NCBI GenBank assembly: GCA_010405405.1
Contig: MU004240.1
Coordinates: 448,316-512,315, forward strand
Direction of reading: 5' to 3'
DNA from: Microthyrium microscopicum
Lineage: Eukaryota
DNA length: 64,000 bases
In this document: piece after piece, positions 38,997-52,834 of the stretch
How positions within the stretch are numbered: the stretch's first letter is position 1
How the letters are laid out: each line of letters opens with the position of its first letter
Translations under genes and position numbers: made by a program
The notes under the pieces: model-generated
What the model saw: only the letters and a program-made list of their open reading frames with translations
Told to the model about the DNA's origin: nothing
Database searches by the model: none

Positions 38997-41150
38997 ATGC
39001 CGCAAAACCTTAAACTCCGCCTGAATCGACTTTTGCGTCGAGCTTCCTCCTCCACCACCAGTCGCGCCGCTCCGCCGTCCAGCAACGGCGATCTTCCCTC
39101 TCCACCCAAGACTGCTTCCTCACAGCTCCAACAAGACTCCACTCTCCCTTCTACAATCCTTTCCCATCCAAATAAATCGTCCAACTCCCTACATTCCTTG
39201 AAACCTCATCAACCGCAACCTCTTCCTTCCCCAGGTCCATCACCACGCACTTCGACTCAACAGCATAGTCCTCAACCGAGCAAGCATGAGGACAAGCCAA
39301 CCGAACGACCAGTAACGAGTGGCGATGGTAGCACAAAGTCCACCGATAACCATACTCTTGATAGCAGTGCTTGGACTTTTCCAGACCAGAATCCCGAGTT
39401 AACATTCAGCTCTCCTACTCCCGATGTTCAGCGAACCCTTTCTTCTGGCAAACCTCCAACGTCCTCTGTACCACAGCCTATAACTCCTCCGCCGCCTCGA
39501 GTCCCAATGGCTCCAAAAAAGATCTGGGTCCGAAGACCCGGAGCTACGGCGACCTTAGTCACGGTCCGAGAAGATGATATGGTAGACGATGTAAAAGATG
39601 CCATTTTACGAAAATATGGCAATTCTCTTGGTCGTCATTTCGACGCTCCAGATGTCACGCTACGTATAAATCCTCGAAATCATGGAAACGAAGTCATACT
39701 CAGTCCCGACGAGCTCCTCGCCCAAGCCGTCGAACGATATTTCCCCGGCCGCCAATTAATGGAAGAAGCACTTCTCGTCCACGTCCCTCAGAAACGCACG
39801 CCCAAACAATCCCCAGGCGGCCAATTAGTCCACTATCATCACCACGCCCACTCCGCCGAAAGCGTTCCTCCCCACGAGTCCAGCACCGACTACTTCCCAC
39901 CTATGCCTATCGCCATATCACCCGGCGCTCTACACCTCCAGCACATCCACCCCGAAGGACCACGCGCCATGTCCGTCCTCACCACCGGCCAAGTACCCCC
40001 TCTCGCTTCCCCAGGTGGCACACGGCGAACCTTGACCACGCGTGCCATAAGACCAGGCACGAACCGCCAACAAACCGCATCACCCACCATGCTCTCCTCC
40101 TCCACGATGCTCCGCAACTCGCGCCCGCGCAAAGACTCTGAGACGTCCGAGAAACACAGCCTGCCCACCACACTTCCCACCCCACCCGCCGTAGAGACTA
40201 TCAAGAACCAGAATTCACCCACCCCACGAGTCGCGTCCCCACGGCCCGTGAAACCGCGCAAACAGGTGCGAACTAAGCCTTCCCCCGAGCGCATCGCCCT
40301 CCCGGCCACTATAGTCGATACGCCAGTACCACCGATCAACGTACTCATTGTCGAGGACAACATGATCAACATGCGCCTTCTAGAACAATTCGTCCGCAAA
40401 TTAAAAGTCCACTGGGCCACCGCCGTGAACGGTCGCGAAGCAGTGAATAAATGGCGACAAGGAGGATTTCATCTAGTACTGATGGATATTCAATTACCGA
40501 TCATGAGCGGGCTAGACGCAACACGGGAGATAAGGAGATTGGAGCGCGTGAATCATATTGGCGTGTTGAGTGGGAGCAATCACTCGAGTTTACCGCCAGT
40601 TTTACCAGCAGGGGAGGAGAATGGAGAGGATACAGAGGTGAAAGAGGAGGATAAATTGGGTGATGCGCAGAGATTGTTCAAAAGTCCGGTGATTATTGTG
40701 GCGTTGACGGCGAGTAATTTGCAGAGCGATAGACATGAGGCTTTGGCGGCGGGCTGTAATGACTTTTTGACAAAGGTATGTCTTTCTCTCTCTCTCTCGT
40801 CATACAACCCCTATTTCATCATCATCATCATCATCATCAACAACCACCCAATTTTTGGAAATCTTTACTAACGGTTTCCTCAGCCAGTAAATTTTGGCTG
40901 GTTCGAGCGCAAAGTCAAAGAATGGGGCTGCATGCAAGCTCTCATCGATTTCGACGGCTGGCGCATGTGGAAAAACGCAGCGGTTCAAAATGGGCTCAAG
41001 GACGCGTCGAATCCTAGACCAGGTGCTGCTAGGAAGAAGGTGGTGGAGAAACCGCCAATTACCACGGACAATAGCAATGATAGTGTGGAGGGGGCGGGTG
41101 CGATGTTGAAGAAGGAGAGTAGTGAGGATACTGTAAAGGCATCTGCGTGA
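38997..41150 (+). CDS. SSK1: Two-component response regulator of the HOG pathway
   Basis: KIWVRRPGATATLV, INVLIVEDNMIN, LVLMDIQLPIMSG and DFLTK|PVNF...EWGCMQALIDFDGW. Intron 40776-40883. Confidence 0.96.
40785..40840. repeat. (TC)n and (ATC)n microsatellites in the SSK1 intron
   Basis: tctctctctctctc and catcatcatcatcatcatcatc. Confidence 0.85.
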
Positions 41151-41307
41151 TGCTTTGCTTTGGGAGAGGTGTAAGGGAGGAATGTCAGCTGGCTGATGGT
41201 TGGGTGCATAGGGCGGATAGGTGGTTAAGATACACGAAATGTCTAATTGCTAATTATGGTGGTTTTGATGGCTTCTGGGATGAGTGATTTTCATTGGGTG
41301 TGGTATG

Positions 41308-42062
41308 CTAATGAATGTCTTCTGTCCTTGAAATCACAGGATATTGAGCCATATCCTTTATGGCCTTTGAATTTCCCCTTCTGCAGAATCCTGTTGGACA
41401 TAAAAGGTACATCTTTTCCTTCATGGTCCACGGAACCTTTCCAGCCTTCTCGTCGCGAGCCTCGAGTTCCGCCCAGATCGGGTCTTCAAGCGGCAGCTCC
41501 CAATTGAACACCTCATCTATCACCATATCCGTCTCGCCCTTCGATTTAACAAATTCGATTGGATTAGGTGTTCGAGGCGTCGGCACCGCTCGCCGCAACT
41601 CATTGCGAACGTCCTCCTTTGTGTACTTGCGACCCTCCCCAAACCATTGCAGCACATTCTTGTAGCCATTATAATAGTCACCTTCCTCTTCCTCGACTTC
41701 TGGACGGTAGAAAAAATCCATGTTAGATGAGTCTATGTACTTTTTAGCATTGTGTTAAAATTTCCCTATTGTTTGGCATTTAACTTACAGTTCTCAATTG
41801 CTGCCTCAATCTCATCCGCAGCACAGGAGTCCCTACGCCAACCCTCTTTGAATCGCTGTAATGCTGGCTTCGAGGTAAGGTATTCGACCGTGCCGTCGAC
41901 GGGATTTTTTAGCCGCACGAGGCGACGGGCTATGCTATTTGTCTCATCTGAGTCTGGTGGTGGGTCGGGCGGGAGGTCTTCGTTGTTTTTGTTTGCATCG
42001 CCATGTGGTATTGGGTCCATGGCGGCTGGGTTGTTATTTTTGGCGTTGGGTTGGCAATCCAT
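41308..42062 (-). CDS. Hypothetical protein (orphan, 2 exons)
   Basis: ORFs 41766-42146 and 41308-41721 are joined in frame by intron 41788-41733 (GTAAGT...TAG). Confidence 0.6.
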
Positions 42063-42984
42063 TGTGGAAGTATGAATTGTAAACTCCAACTGAAAATTTG
42101 TGTGGGTTCTAAAGAAAAGGTTGTCTTGGGGAAGAGGAAGGAGCACTGGAGCTGAGTGCGGACCAGCTCTTCAGCCTAATGGTAAATAATGCAGCCTGAC
42201 CATGGCATCAGGGGTAATTTCAACCAATGAGAGGCCAAGCTGTCTTTCCGTTGGCCAACCGCAACTTCCACAAGGCATATCGGGTCCAACCACTGGGTAA
42301 TCCATTTTTTCAATCAAGAGCATCCAAAATAGCTTCCGGCAATAGTTATGTATGATATGCGGAGGCAAAATTCCGTTGAATGATACAAGGAATCTGAGTT
42401 TCAGAGTTATCATGCAGTGACTGAAGGACATGGAAGTGAGGTTGGCTGAAAAGACCTCCCGAAACTGCTTTTCTGCAGACATATTTTAGGCGTTCCTAAC
42501 AGGTATAAGAAATGTTTCCCTTCATGTAGGTCAGCGTTTTCCGTACTTTGAGCACCCAGGGAAGTGGAAAGACTCGCAAAGTTTATGTACAGAAATCTAA
42601 CGCTTTGTGATAGATTGACACAGCACATGTCAGTAGTATGCTGCCAGTCGATTGTCCAAAGCTCATCATTTTGCTGTTCGGGTAGTATCAGACACAAGTG
42701 CGGCTGAAGTTAGCAAGCAGTGGAGCGGATCAAAACACAGATTGGCCCCAGCACAGTCGGAACCAAAGCTGAAGCATAGGAGCTCCAGCTATTCTTGGAT
42801 AGCAATCACAACTTCATGTCATCTCTTGTATTATTTCTGTTCATTTCGTAGTGCATGAAATGCTTCAGATTCATCATTCTGTTAGTCAATACCTTATAGG
42901 CGATAACTAGAAGGTCCTACCAAAACGATATACATCCTAAAAGTGCAATTCACCTGAGCATTACCATTGACGTAGTGACAGAAG

Positions 42985-44372
42985 ATGTGTGAATCACAAC
43001 TGGATCCTGCTTGTTCTAGTTACGGGGTCGGTTTGTGAGTCTTCCAATGATTAGGTATAGGTAGACATTGAAGCCTTGCTGATTGCGTAGAAATACGGTG
43101 TTTCCAACAGGATGGCAAGGCCATACCATTGTAAGTTTAAGAAGCGCCCGGTATTATCATCTCCATGGTAGATTAACAAATGACAGGTAGCTTTCCTGGC
43201 AATGTCATCGATCTGCATTTTTGATCTGGCGATCCTGATAGGCACAACTTGGGACCGCAAGGCGCGCCAGTATTACTGGTCATTAGCCCTGGCGACGTTC
43301 TTTTCGTTTTGTGTCACGGTGTCAGTTCTGGTTTTCTTTTTTGCATCTCCGCCGACTTCAAAGGGCTTTGCCAATCAAACGGTACGTGAATGGTTCCAGT
43401 TCACAATGCAAAATCTGCTGAACTGCTGAGTTTAGCATTTCAGCACATGTAGCGAAATGTTAGGCCGGCGTAATTCCGAGCCAATATAAGCTAACAAATG
43501 TAGTTTGCCGTTGCGCTTTCAACTATTGGCTATGTTCTATACGTTCCAAGTGACTTCGTCGTCAAGTACACAAGGTGAGTTTCATCAAGTCTTGCGATCT
43601 CTAGGCTTAACACCCGGCATAGACTCCACTTCTTGGGAACTAGTCGAAGGACTCTACTTATCTGCAGAATAATTTTGATTTGCGAATGGATATTCATCAC
43701 GATTCCTAATACTGGTAAGTGGCACCTCTCAGCATCTCTGTGTTGGTGCGCAGAAGGGGGAACTCTAAGCAGATTCGTCAACCATGTGTTCCAATAGATG
43801 CTAACAAACCCCCCTGACCTTGACAAGTTCTTACTAACGAGATATCAGTCATAGCTGCTGGAGCAGGTGTGACGGAGAAATATCGTTTCCCCCAGGCTTA
43901 TGCGACAACTCAACGTCTGGAACCGGCGGTATATGCGATTGTGTCAATCATGGTGTCCAGTCTCTATGTATACCATGCCCATATGATGTTCAGGGGACAT
44001 CGAGAGAAGAGTTCCAAGCAAATGTTGTCTCGACTGCTCTACTCGAACGCTCTTTTAGTTGCACTGCACGTCGGCAACTTAGTTGCAGAATATACTGGGA
44101 CAGCCACGGTACAGACTGGCTACATAGCATTCTTATATTCATTTGTGGGCTTTCCCTCTTTTCCACTAGCTTGACACTTGCTAACACAGGCTTGAGCAAC
44201 TAAAAATCGAGCTATTCATGCTCAAGAACATTGGGAAATGTACTTCTGAAAGTCTAGAGAGGTAAGTAGTTCAGCTCAGAGTTGATTCAGCGAGCTCAAT
44301 TTGACCTGTTGTAGGTCGAGAACTTTGAGGCCCCAAGCTATAGAAACAGGTGAGACAGGATCATATGAATGA
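42985..44372 (+). CDS. Multi-exon integral membrane protein with several TM helices (DUF7703-like)
   Basis: Reconstructed exons: MCESQLDP...|NTVFPTGWQGHTI|VAFLAMSSICIFDLAILIGTTWDRKARQYYWSL...SSLYVYHA...YSF|QLKIELFML. The middle exon boundaries are uncertain. Confidence 0.65.
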
Positions 44373-44770
44373 GTCGTGGACAAGTGGCAACTCCTTCGAG
44401 AAGAGTTACTTTAGGTACTTCAGATCGACTCAACTCAGTAAACTGCTCTATAAGCCCACTTATAGGTGTTTCATTTCAAACAACGTTTGTATGTAGCTCG
44501 TTGCATGAATGTGTTTTGAATTCATATTCGATAACACCTGTCTATTGTAACTTACCTAAGGTACCTACTGAAACATCCGGTCGAGCTAATTTGTTTCCGC
44601 AGACGTTCATTTGATCTGCCGCGAGCGCGAGGAAAAGCGTCAAAGCAACCTATATCGTATCATCCCTCTGGCCATGCTTAAAGTGACACAGCCACTAATT
44701 GCCCAAGGGAGTGCAATTCCAATTAATACTCGATTCAAAATCCAATCCTTACAACAGCATTGACTCCTTG

Positions 44771-47700
44771 TTATCGCCAAAAGCGCAGCCATTCTTTGCA
44801 AACCCGTAGCCACCTCATGGCAGCCTCAACATATCGTCGGCCGGCAAGGCTGACACCAAAAGTGTTGACCGAATTTTGATTGGTCTTTAGCTGTCGCTGC
44901 TCCCATCTTCCTTCAGGATATGACTCGTTGAAGCCCCATTGCTTCATCCACAATTCCATCCAAGTTGGGTTGACCGCTTTTAGGTTTTGGAGGTCGAGGC
45001 TGACAGCACGAGATCTATCAGTTGCAAAAGTCGGTCTGACATCCTCAGATAGCAGACTTCGATAAAAGGTGAGCAGATTGATGGCAGGCACAAGGTCCAA
45101 GTCCCCACTATATTCATTCTCATCTTGAAAGAACTCAACAGCTTTGATCCAATCTTCGAAGCTTACAACTGTGGCATTGGGCAAGCTCGATTGAATAACG
45201 GGAAGGAGTTCAATCCATGGCGCTCGATATGGATTTAGCGCGTGGAACACCTTTGACTCTCTTTTCACCGCACTCAAAAACCCGCCCTCAGTTTTCTCGC
45301 TGGCCTGTTCTTCCTCTTTCTTCGATGCAAGACCAAGGAGAACACGAGAAAGAATGTCGATTGGAATCCAATCTATGTCTTGCATGGCCCCAAGGTCCGA
45401 AGGAATCTTGCCGAGATGCGCGGAACTACTGATTAGAGAAGGGAACCATTCTGTCTTATTCCACTGTCCTTTCGAGCCTCGCAGGACAGGACCAGCGACT
45501 TGTCCCACTCGGCAGATGGCTACGTCAAGGCCGCTTGATTGAGAAGCTTTGTCAAATAGTAACTCGGCTGCGTGTTTGCTCTGTGCATAGCCGATACCCT
45601 CGGATGCTTGAAGATCTTTAATGACCTTCTCAGGTACGGAGCCACCATCGATCTTGTTCCAGGAATTTGCAGCGCCAACACTGGAGATGAAGAATATGCG
45701 ACATGAATTATTGGCAGAAAGAGCCAAATTTATGAGATTCTGGCATCCCTGGATTTGCGGCGCAAATGAAGAAAGTGATCGATTGAAAGAAACAGGCCAA
45801 GCATTGTGAATTACAAGAGTTGCCTCTTGTTGCAGCTTCGCATATGAGTTTGCGGCCAGTCCCAGATTGTTGACAGCCAAGTCGACTTTCAAGAACTGGA
45901 CTTTGGCAGCTGGGAATTGAGAAAGCAACCCTCGTGAAATTGCACTAGATCTTTGACGACTTTCTGCATCTTTTGAGCGGTTCAGACAGTACACTCTTTT
46001 GACTTTGGGGTCTCGAAGCAGCTCATCAAGAACATAGCTTCCAACACCCCCTGTAGAGCCTGTAAGGATCACGGTATCTCGCTTCGAGACTTTCAAAGAG
46101 TCTTGTGCTGCGTGATAGTGATCGACAAAATTGGAATGGCGTTCAATCAGGCTCTTCATCTCTATGGAAGGATCTTCATGAGATCTCGAATTGCCAAGTA
46201 GAGCTTGAGCAAGCATACGTACTGAGGGATTGGAGTATATCAATTGGGGTATGATGAGTTCATTAGGAATCTTCTCTTGTTGGCTAGCAGCATGTCTCAA
46301 AGCCCGAGTGATTTGAAGAGTCTGAAGCGAGTCCAGTCCATGGGCATAAAAGTCCGATTCGAAGGAAATTGATTCGAGGCACGGCCAGGCATTGGGCAAT
46401 TCTGCAAGCAACGATGCTCCCAACAATTTTTTGTTCTCAAAATTCAGCTGCAGAGTACTTGACTGTTGTTCAGCATCTTTGTAGAGTTTGTCTATTACCC
46501 CAGAAAGGTTCTTCACAGTCTGTTGGCGAACAACGCTTCCTTTTGGAGAGCGTTGGAATACCGTGCCTGGATTCAATATGAGAATGTGCTCCTTGTCGAG
46601 TTTTGCGTGACCAGGCATATGTTCGTTGAGGTTTTGAACCTTTTCAAAGACATTTTGCAGCAAATCACTCTTGGGATTATTTCCCTTGTTTTGATGCGGC
46701 TCAATGATCAAGGCCGGTTGAAATCGACCTTGTCCAACCATGAGAGCAGCCTTCACGTCTGGCAAAGAGCCCACAGTCTCTTCAACCTGCCAATTGTCAG
46801 TATAGGATAATAGAATAAAGCCGACGTAGGGATACAGACTTCATCCGGCTTTGGGTATCAAAAGGCGGCAGCAAAGCACAGAGTGACATCGCGTTCTATC
46901 AAACAGTGTAATGAAAAGGGACAAATCTCACCTCATTTGGTGTGATCTTCTCTCCAATGGAGAGGACAATAATATCATCCGTTCTACCCACATGCATCCA
47001 CATATTCGACTTGGTAGGATGTGGCCTGTAGAGGTCTTTCATGCCGAATCGGGTGAGCTCTGGAAAGTTGAAGAACACAGCTTGGAATTGTTGGAGGTTT
47101 TCATGTTTGACAATGACCATCTCACTCAAGCCATTGCCACGATCCTCAAACTCAAAGCCTATGGAAGGATGATACTGGTGATAGTTGATATCTTCGGCAT
47201 TCTCGGGTAGCAGCTCTGGTAGATTGGACGTCTCCGTCGATCCAAGAGTGTTACATGTTGCAGTACGTTTCCAGAGTGTTTCGCAAGCAGACTGAAGAAG
47301 TGGACCACCACCAAATTGAACTCCTTTCCATGATCGAAGCTTCTCAAGTACTACTTCATCGCGTACTATGTCTTCCAAAACTGCTGGAGGTATTGTTCCA
47401 CAATCTGCAAGTCCACTATCCAGAACTTGATTTACTAGTCCCACTGATGGTAGTTGATTTGCAGGTGGGAATATAATCACTGTATTGTAAAATATGCTCA
47501 GTTTCCAAAAGTCGATCGCTGCAGCCTATAAACAATCAGCAATTTCGATCACAACCATGATATGGAACGGAGACACATATTTTAGAGTGGTGGCTGGTCA
47601 AGTGTTGTAGATCAAAACTTACATGAAATGGGGGATATAGGTTGAAGGCCCTGCTATTAGAGTATTCATCTATAGCTGTTTTTCTACCCGGCACTTTAGG

Positions 47701-48356
47701 GAGAAGTCTGAAGGAATCAAAGACAACTGAAGCAGCATTTGTGCAGGCTACAGGCTTCGGTGGCCCCGTGGAGCCAGAAGAGTGCAAGATTAGAAACTCC
47801 TCATCTGCTGCTTCCTCAAAAGAGCTTTGATAATGAATTGCTGGCGTTGGCGGATGGTCCAACCAGTAGGGCAGGCCTGGTAATTCGGTAAATTGAAATG
47901 ATTGGTTTTCCAGAAGCTCGTGCGGATATTTTGCGGCATCTCCAATGAGATATGTGCAACCAATTTTCGTGAGCAGAGACTCGTGAGCTTCAATGTTATT
48001 TCGAGGAGACGAGAAGAAAGCCTGAACGTATATCAGAGTCAATAAAGAATCATTTCCACTGTAAACAAGAAAGACAAGGCACCTACTTTGTACCCAGCTT
48101 TCCAAGCTGCTGACAAGAATATGAAGTACCTCAAGTCTGAGGCGCAAATCAAACATAACGGCTTTCGCTCCTTTGGTATCCCTAGATTAGCCTGCAACCA
48201 CCAAGCCATCCCATCGATGGCATTCGAAAAGTCCTTGAAAGTGACATTTCTTGTTGATGAGAAGTTGCTTTCTGGCACAATATAGCAAAGTCTATCAGGG
48301 TCATCTGCCGCAATCTGATCGATTACGGCAGGTATCAATCGTTTGCCATATGCCAT
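44771..48356 (-). CDS. NRPS-like adenylate-forming (carboxylic acid) reductase, A-T-R, ~1090 aa
   Basis: A domain ILHSSGSTGPPKP, GSTE, GRTDDIIVLSIGEK, RSPKGSVVR. T domain GLDSLQ. R domain ILTGSTGGVG, HNAW, GYAQSK, RVGQVAG. Introns 48086-48022, 47622-47526 and 46931-46787. Confidence 0.95.
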
Positions 48357-50987
48357 CGGAGCCACGCTTGTATTATGAAGGAGTAGAAAGCAAATATGCT
48401 ACTTGAGAAGTGCTGTTGTTAAAGTGACACTTGGATAGGAATCAACTTTATTGTAAAGAGAATTGATAAACGGAAACACAATATATGAGTAGGTACACAA
48501 ACAGCAACTAATTTGGCGCTGATATCAGGAATAAATGATATCTTCTAAGTCCACATGGCAAATACACATCAATTTCATGTTGATCCACTATTGTATTATC
48601 GTCGGCAGATGCTAACGGACCATTCTGGAGGTTACAGTATCATGACTTGAACGAATACCCACATTTTACCGCACATTTACTTGCGCATCAACTGCTATTA
48701 TGCCTACGTAAGTAACTTCGTACCCGTGGCGCTGCCTCGTTCAGCTGAATCAATATAAATCCCGACGATAGACAACTGCAGGCGGACGATCAGACGGGTG
48801 AAGCTAGTTGTGAGAGTTGTGAAATAAAAAAAGCTGATCTCTTGGCCTTGTTGTACTTGTAGCGGCGAACAAAGAGCATATTATCGAAGACTAAGATCTG
48901 CAAAGCATAAGTTTATGCAACTTGCGGAAGTGGCGTCCTGAGTCCAGAACAGGTAGGCATTTCCCGATTCAGATGCTGCTAACGCTGCGATCTCAAGAGA
49001 AGCCGATCCCAAATCAGGTGTAAGTATACCGAGCACTCTTCCTTTGGTATACAGCACCAATAGATTGATGATAGAGGTAGCATAAACCTATGAACTTCGC
49101 CGGTCCACAACCTGATCATGATCAAATACCTTGATGATGTTTCCGTGAGCTGACAGTCTTGTCTGCATGCAATCCATGAATGGACGAGATATTGTGTTCG
49201 ATGGGGATAATTCATGTGCTAGGTAGCAACTTGAGGCCCAATTAGCTGATATGCTCGTGTCTAGTCTTGCTATGCTGTCAACCAAGCTAGCACGGGGATA
49301 GTAACAAACTCAGTTCACCGTCAAATGAGTACCTGATTCTCGGTACATTCAGCAATCGAAGCTACGCAGACGGCAGGCCGTCCTCGTAGTTGCTCAAACC
49401 GGTTGATGGTAGCTACTAGCGGTGCATTACTGAACCGAACGATACTCTGTTAAGCCAGTCCAATCTCTTCCGTAACAGGATCGGATATAGAGCTTTACGT
49501 CATTCTCATTTCATGCATATTTTCTGTCGTGAGTGTGCATTATTGAAGGTTGGTGGTTGGCATAAAGTGTGCATTAGGAGAAAACCTAGCGTCGGTCTTA
49601 TCCTAGCCGCAGAGGTAACGAGATCTACAGATCGTCCTTTTTGTAGATTTCACGATTGGTTTTACGGAAATATTCCGAGAAAACATTCCGAGATGCATGA
49701 TGCTCCGTTGAAAAAGCCGAACCTCTACGAACTCTCTGCTTATTTGGGCACTGGTACTGTTTATTGAAAGAGTATCACTCGGTCATACCATGTTCGTATA
49801 TGCTGCTATAATGAACTTGCCATATTATACATCAGTACTATTAAGGTCAATACTTCAAACACAAACGAAAGGTCCGAAGCTAGTCTTTCTGAAAATCGGG
49901 AAACTCTCGGGAACAATGTGAAGTGATGAAACCACATGCGTGCGTGGTCGGAAATTGATTCAGTGCCACGAAGTACCTAATACATGAATATGTACCTTGA
50001 CCACATGCAATCCGAATATTCAGCACAAACAGGTACTGAATTTACACTTTGTATGCTGGCTCATCAGTAGAGCTCTGTACAAGGACTTAACGAAAATGTA
50101 ATCTTCTGCCTATTAAGTGTGATGGCTGATTCTACCTCGGATAACAATACTTAACTCTTCCTCGAACCGTATGCTGTAGTGACATTCTACGACATACAGC
50201 AGTTGACATGAAGAGTTGTAGATGCAAAATGTTACACTCTACATTCCATGATACTCTCCAGGGCGTCATATCGACATTTAAGACATCTGATCGACGTTGC
50301 ATCGGCCAATTATACGTGCAGACTACCTCGGAAGCCCAGCTTGTAGTGATACGAAGGCGGAGGATTCAGCCTGACACTAAAATGATGGCAATGAGGTTCT
50401 TAGTCTCTCTTGCATTGTTCGATGAGGGTTTCCGTTATCCAACACTCTGTCTACAAGAATCATATCAGAACTTGAACCGGCGTCACTTGTCCTGGTAGCC
50501 GTTGCCCAAGTACTGTACCAAGGAAGTTCCATTGTACCACCAATAGTAAAGTAAAGACTGTTCTGCCTTTTCTTAGTCTTGCATAGTAGTCGCCTTTACT
50601 TCAGCGCAGTTTTGTATGTGAGGCGTTATCACTATCCAATAGGATCTGGATTTTCCCGCATCAAGGTCATATCAAGCCGCTAATCAGCAGATCAATATTA
50701 ATAGCGTTATTGAAAGCTTCCTTTGTGAACATGGAAGGGAATGAATCTGGTCGATCACTTCAACATTGGGACTAGAGATACGGAAAGACAATATGCTGAG
50801 GACTAAGTACGTGTTGCATTGTTCAGCTGCTGGATTGCAAGGCAGTAAGGCAGCCCGATAGCTAAGCAGTTGATTAAATTGTCTCAAGATGTGTACATAA
50901 AGTAACAAATAATATCTCATTTTTTCATGTTTTGATTTCAACCATAAACATATGCAAATTGTTCAGTACCACATATCTTGTTTCAAT

Positions 50988-52604
50988 ATGATTCCACGCG
51001 AAGCCACTCCAGTCTCTGTTATTCGACCAAAGCCAGTTCGCTCACGGTCTTCGAAGATTGGCAGTGGACGACTGGAAGATCTCCAATCAATAAGCAAAGA
51101 GCTCAATATTTTGATAGAGTCAGAAAGATGGAGACAAGAATCCGGTGCTGGATCATTCGATCGCAACATGATCAAAGCCCTTGCCAAAAAGGTCATTAGC
51201 ACAGTACAACAGCCTGAGGAGCAATGGGTAGAACAAGCAGCTCTGGTGAGTAGGAAAACATCACCGAGAAGAAAGTGATCGAGCTATTTGGAAGAACATC
51301 TCCATCAACTTTCATGTCTGCCATAACATTACTTGAAGCAAGAAGGCTTTGATTCCCAGCTTATGAAAAATCTGGAGCTGTTGGACGCTATCAAAGAAAG
51401 ATATGGCAGAGATCGTACGTGATGGACATGTCCCTCTAAATGCCTTGCTTATTTCGAGGTCATACATTAATGCTTCAACGCAGATGTCCGAGGTGTGTGT
51501 CATTCGAGTCTTCAACGACTGGAAGGCATTCGACATGATCCCACAAGAAGGGAGTATCTCCATCAAGGCTTGGGCTGAAAAGTTAAATGCTCAAGAGGAG
51601 CTCATAGGTGAGATATAACATTCCGATCGCGGAGAATAGCTGCTGACTTGGAACAGTGCGCATGTCTCGAATTCTCGTTGCAACTGGCACGCTTCAACAA
51701 GTCAAGGACGATGGGATAATGCACACGCCTCTATCCAAGATTTACACCAACCGACATCCTGCAGGTCTATACTTCAACACCAAGTTCGATATCGCATTGG
51801 TTCCTGGTGTCGGATGGGTTGAGTATTTTGAGAAGTTCGGTCGTCGAGTGCCAGAGGGAATAACTCACACTCCTTTTTCTATTGCCAACAACGAACCTGA
51901 CAAAAGCTCCTTTGAGATCATCGGCATGGATCAACAAAGAGTCGCCGACTTTGCTCAGTCAATGAACATTGCAATGAAGTCGAAAGCCGTCACTGGCTTT
52001 TATAACTTTGACTGGATCGCAGAGAAAGGACGAAAAGACAAGGATCGAACTTTGCTCGTCGATGTGGGCGGAGGGTCGGGTGGTGCTGTAGAGGCCATTA
52101 CAAAAGCACACAGCGGCATTGATAGAGCACGATGCATAGTGCAAGATCTAAACGAGGTCGTTGAGAGCGCCCATGAAACCATGAGCATGGAGATGAGGCA
52201 GGTTCACATGATGGCGCATTCATTTTGGGAGCAACAGCCGGTAAAAGGTATGACGAGAACATAGAGGGTAATCGTGAGTCAAGTTGCTAACATTCACAGG
52301 CGCGATCTGTTATTTCCTGCGCAGAATTATGCATGATTATCCGGACAGCAAATGCACTGAAATTCTGGGCCATCTCGTGAACGCTATGGCGCCAGACAGT
52401 AGACTTCTCATTTCTGATGAGCTGCTTACTCGACCACCAACACTGCTGGGAGCACAGACAGATCTATCTATGCTTAATATCGGAGGGAAAGAAAGAACGA
52501 AGGAAGATTGGCTAGTACTAGCGAGTAAAAGCGGGTTGAGAGTGTCTGGTATTTTCACGTCCAAAGAAAACAGTATGTGTGTGATTGAATGTACCAAGGC
52601 TTAG
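50988..52604 (+). CDS. SAM-dependent O-methyltransferase (fungal secondary-metabolite type)
   Basis: LLVDVGGGSG, IVQDL, AHSFWEQQPVKGA, YFLRRIMHDYPD and GGKERT motifs. Introns 51246-51483, 51608-51656 and 52248-52299. Start could alternatively be 50952. Confidence 0.93.
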
Positions 52605-52834
52605 AAGCGCATTTTGAAGAACCGGCCTGACGAAATGATGAATTTATGTAATGAAGATGATGAATAGACCTATACTTGAAAGATAGCACACTCACTAGAG
52701 TCATTGACGTGCGTTGAATGTAGGTGCTCCAGCTTTATATTTGTAGATTGAAACCTGGAACTATACTAGCCGGCTCGCCATTATCTCTGTCTATATTAAT
52801 CCTGGTAGGTGTCTCAATATATTAATACTGAAAG

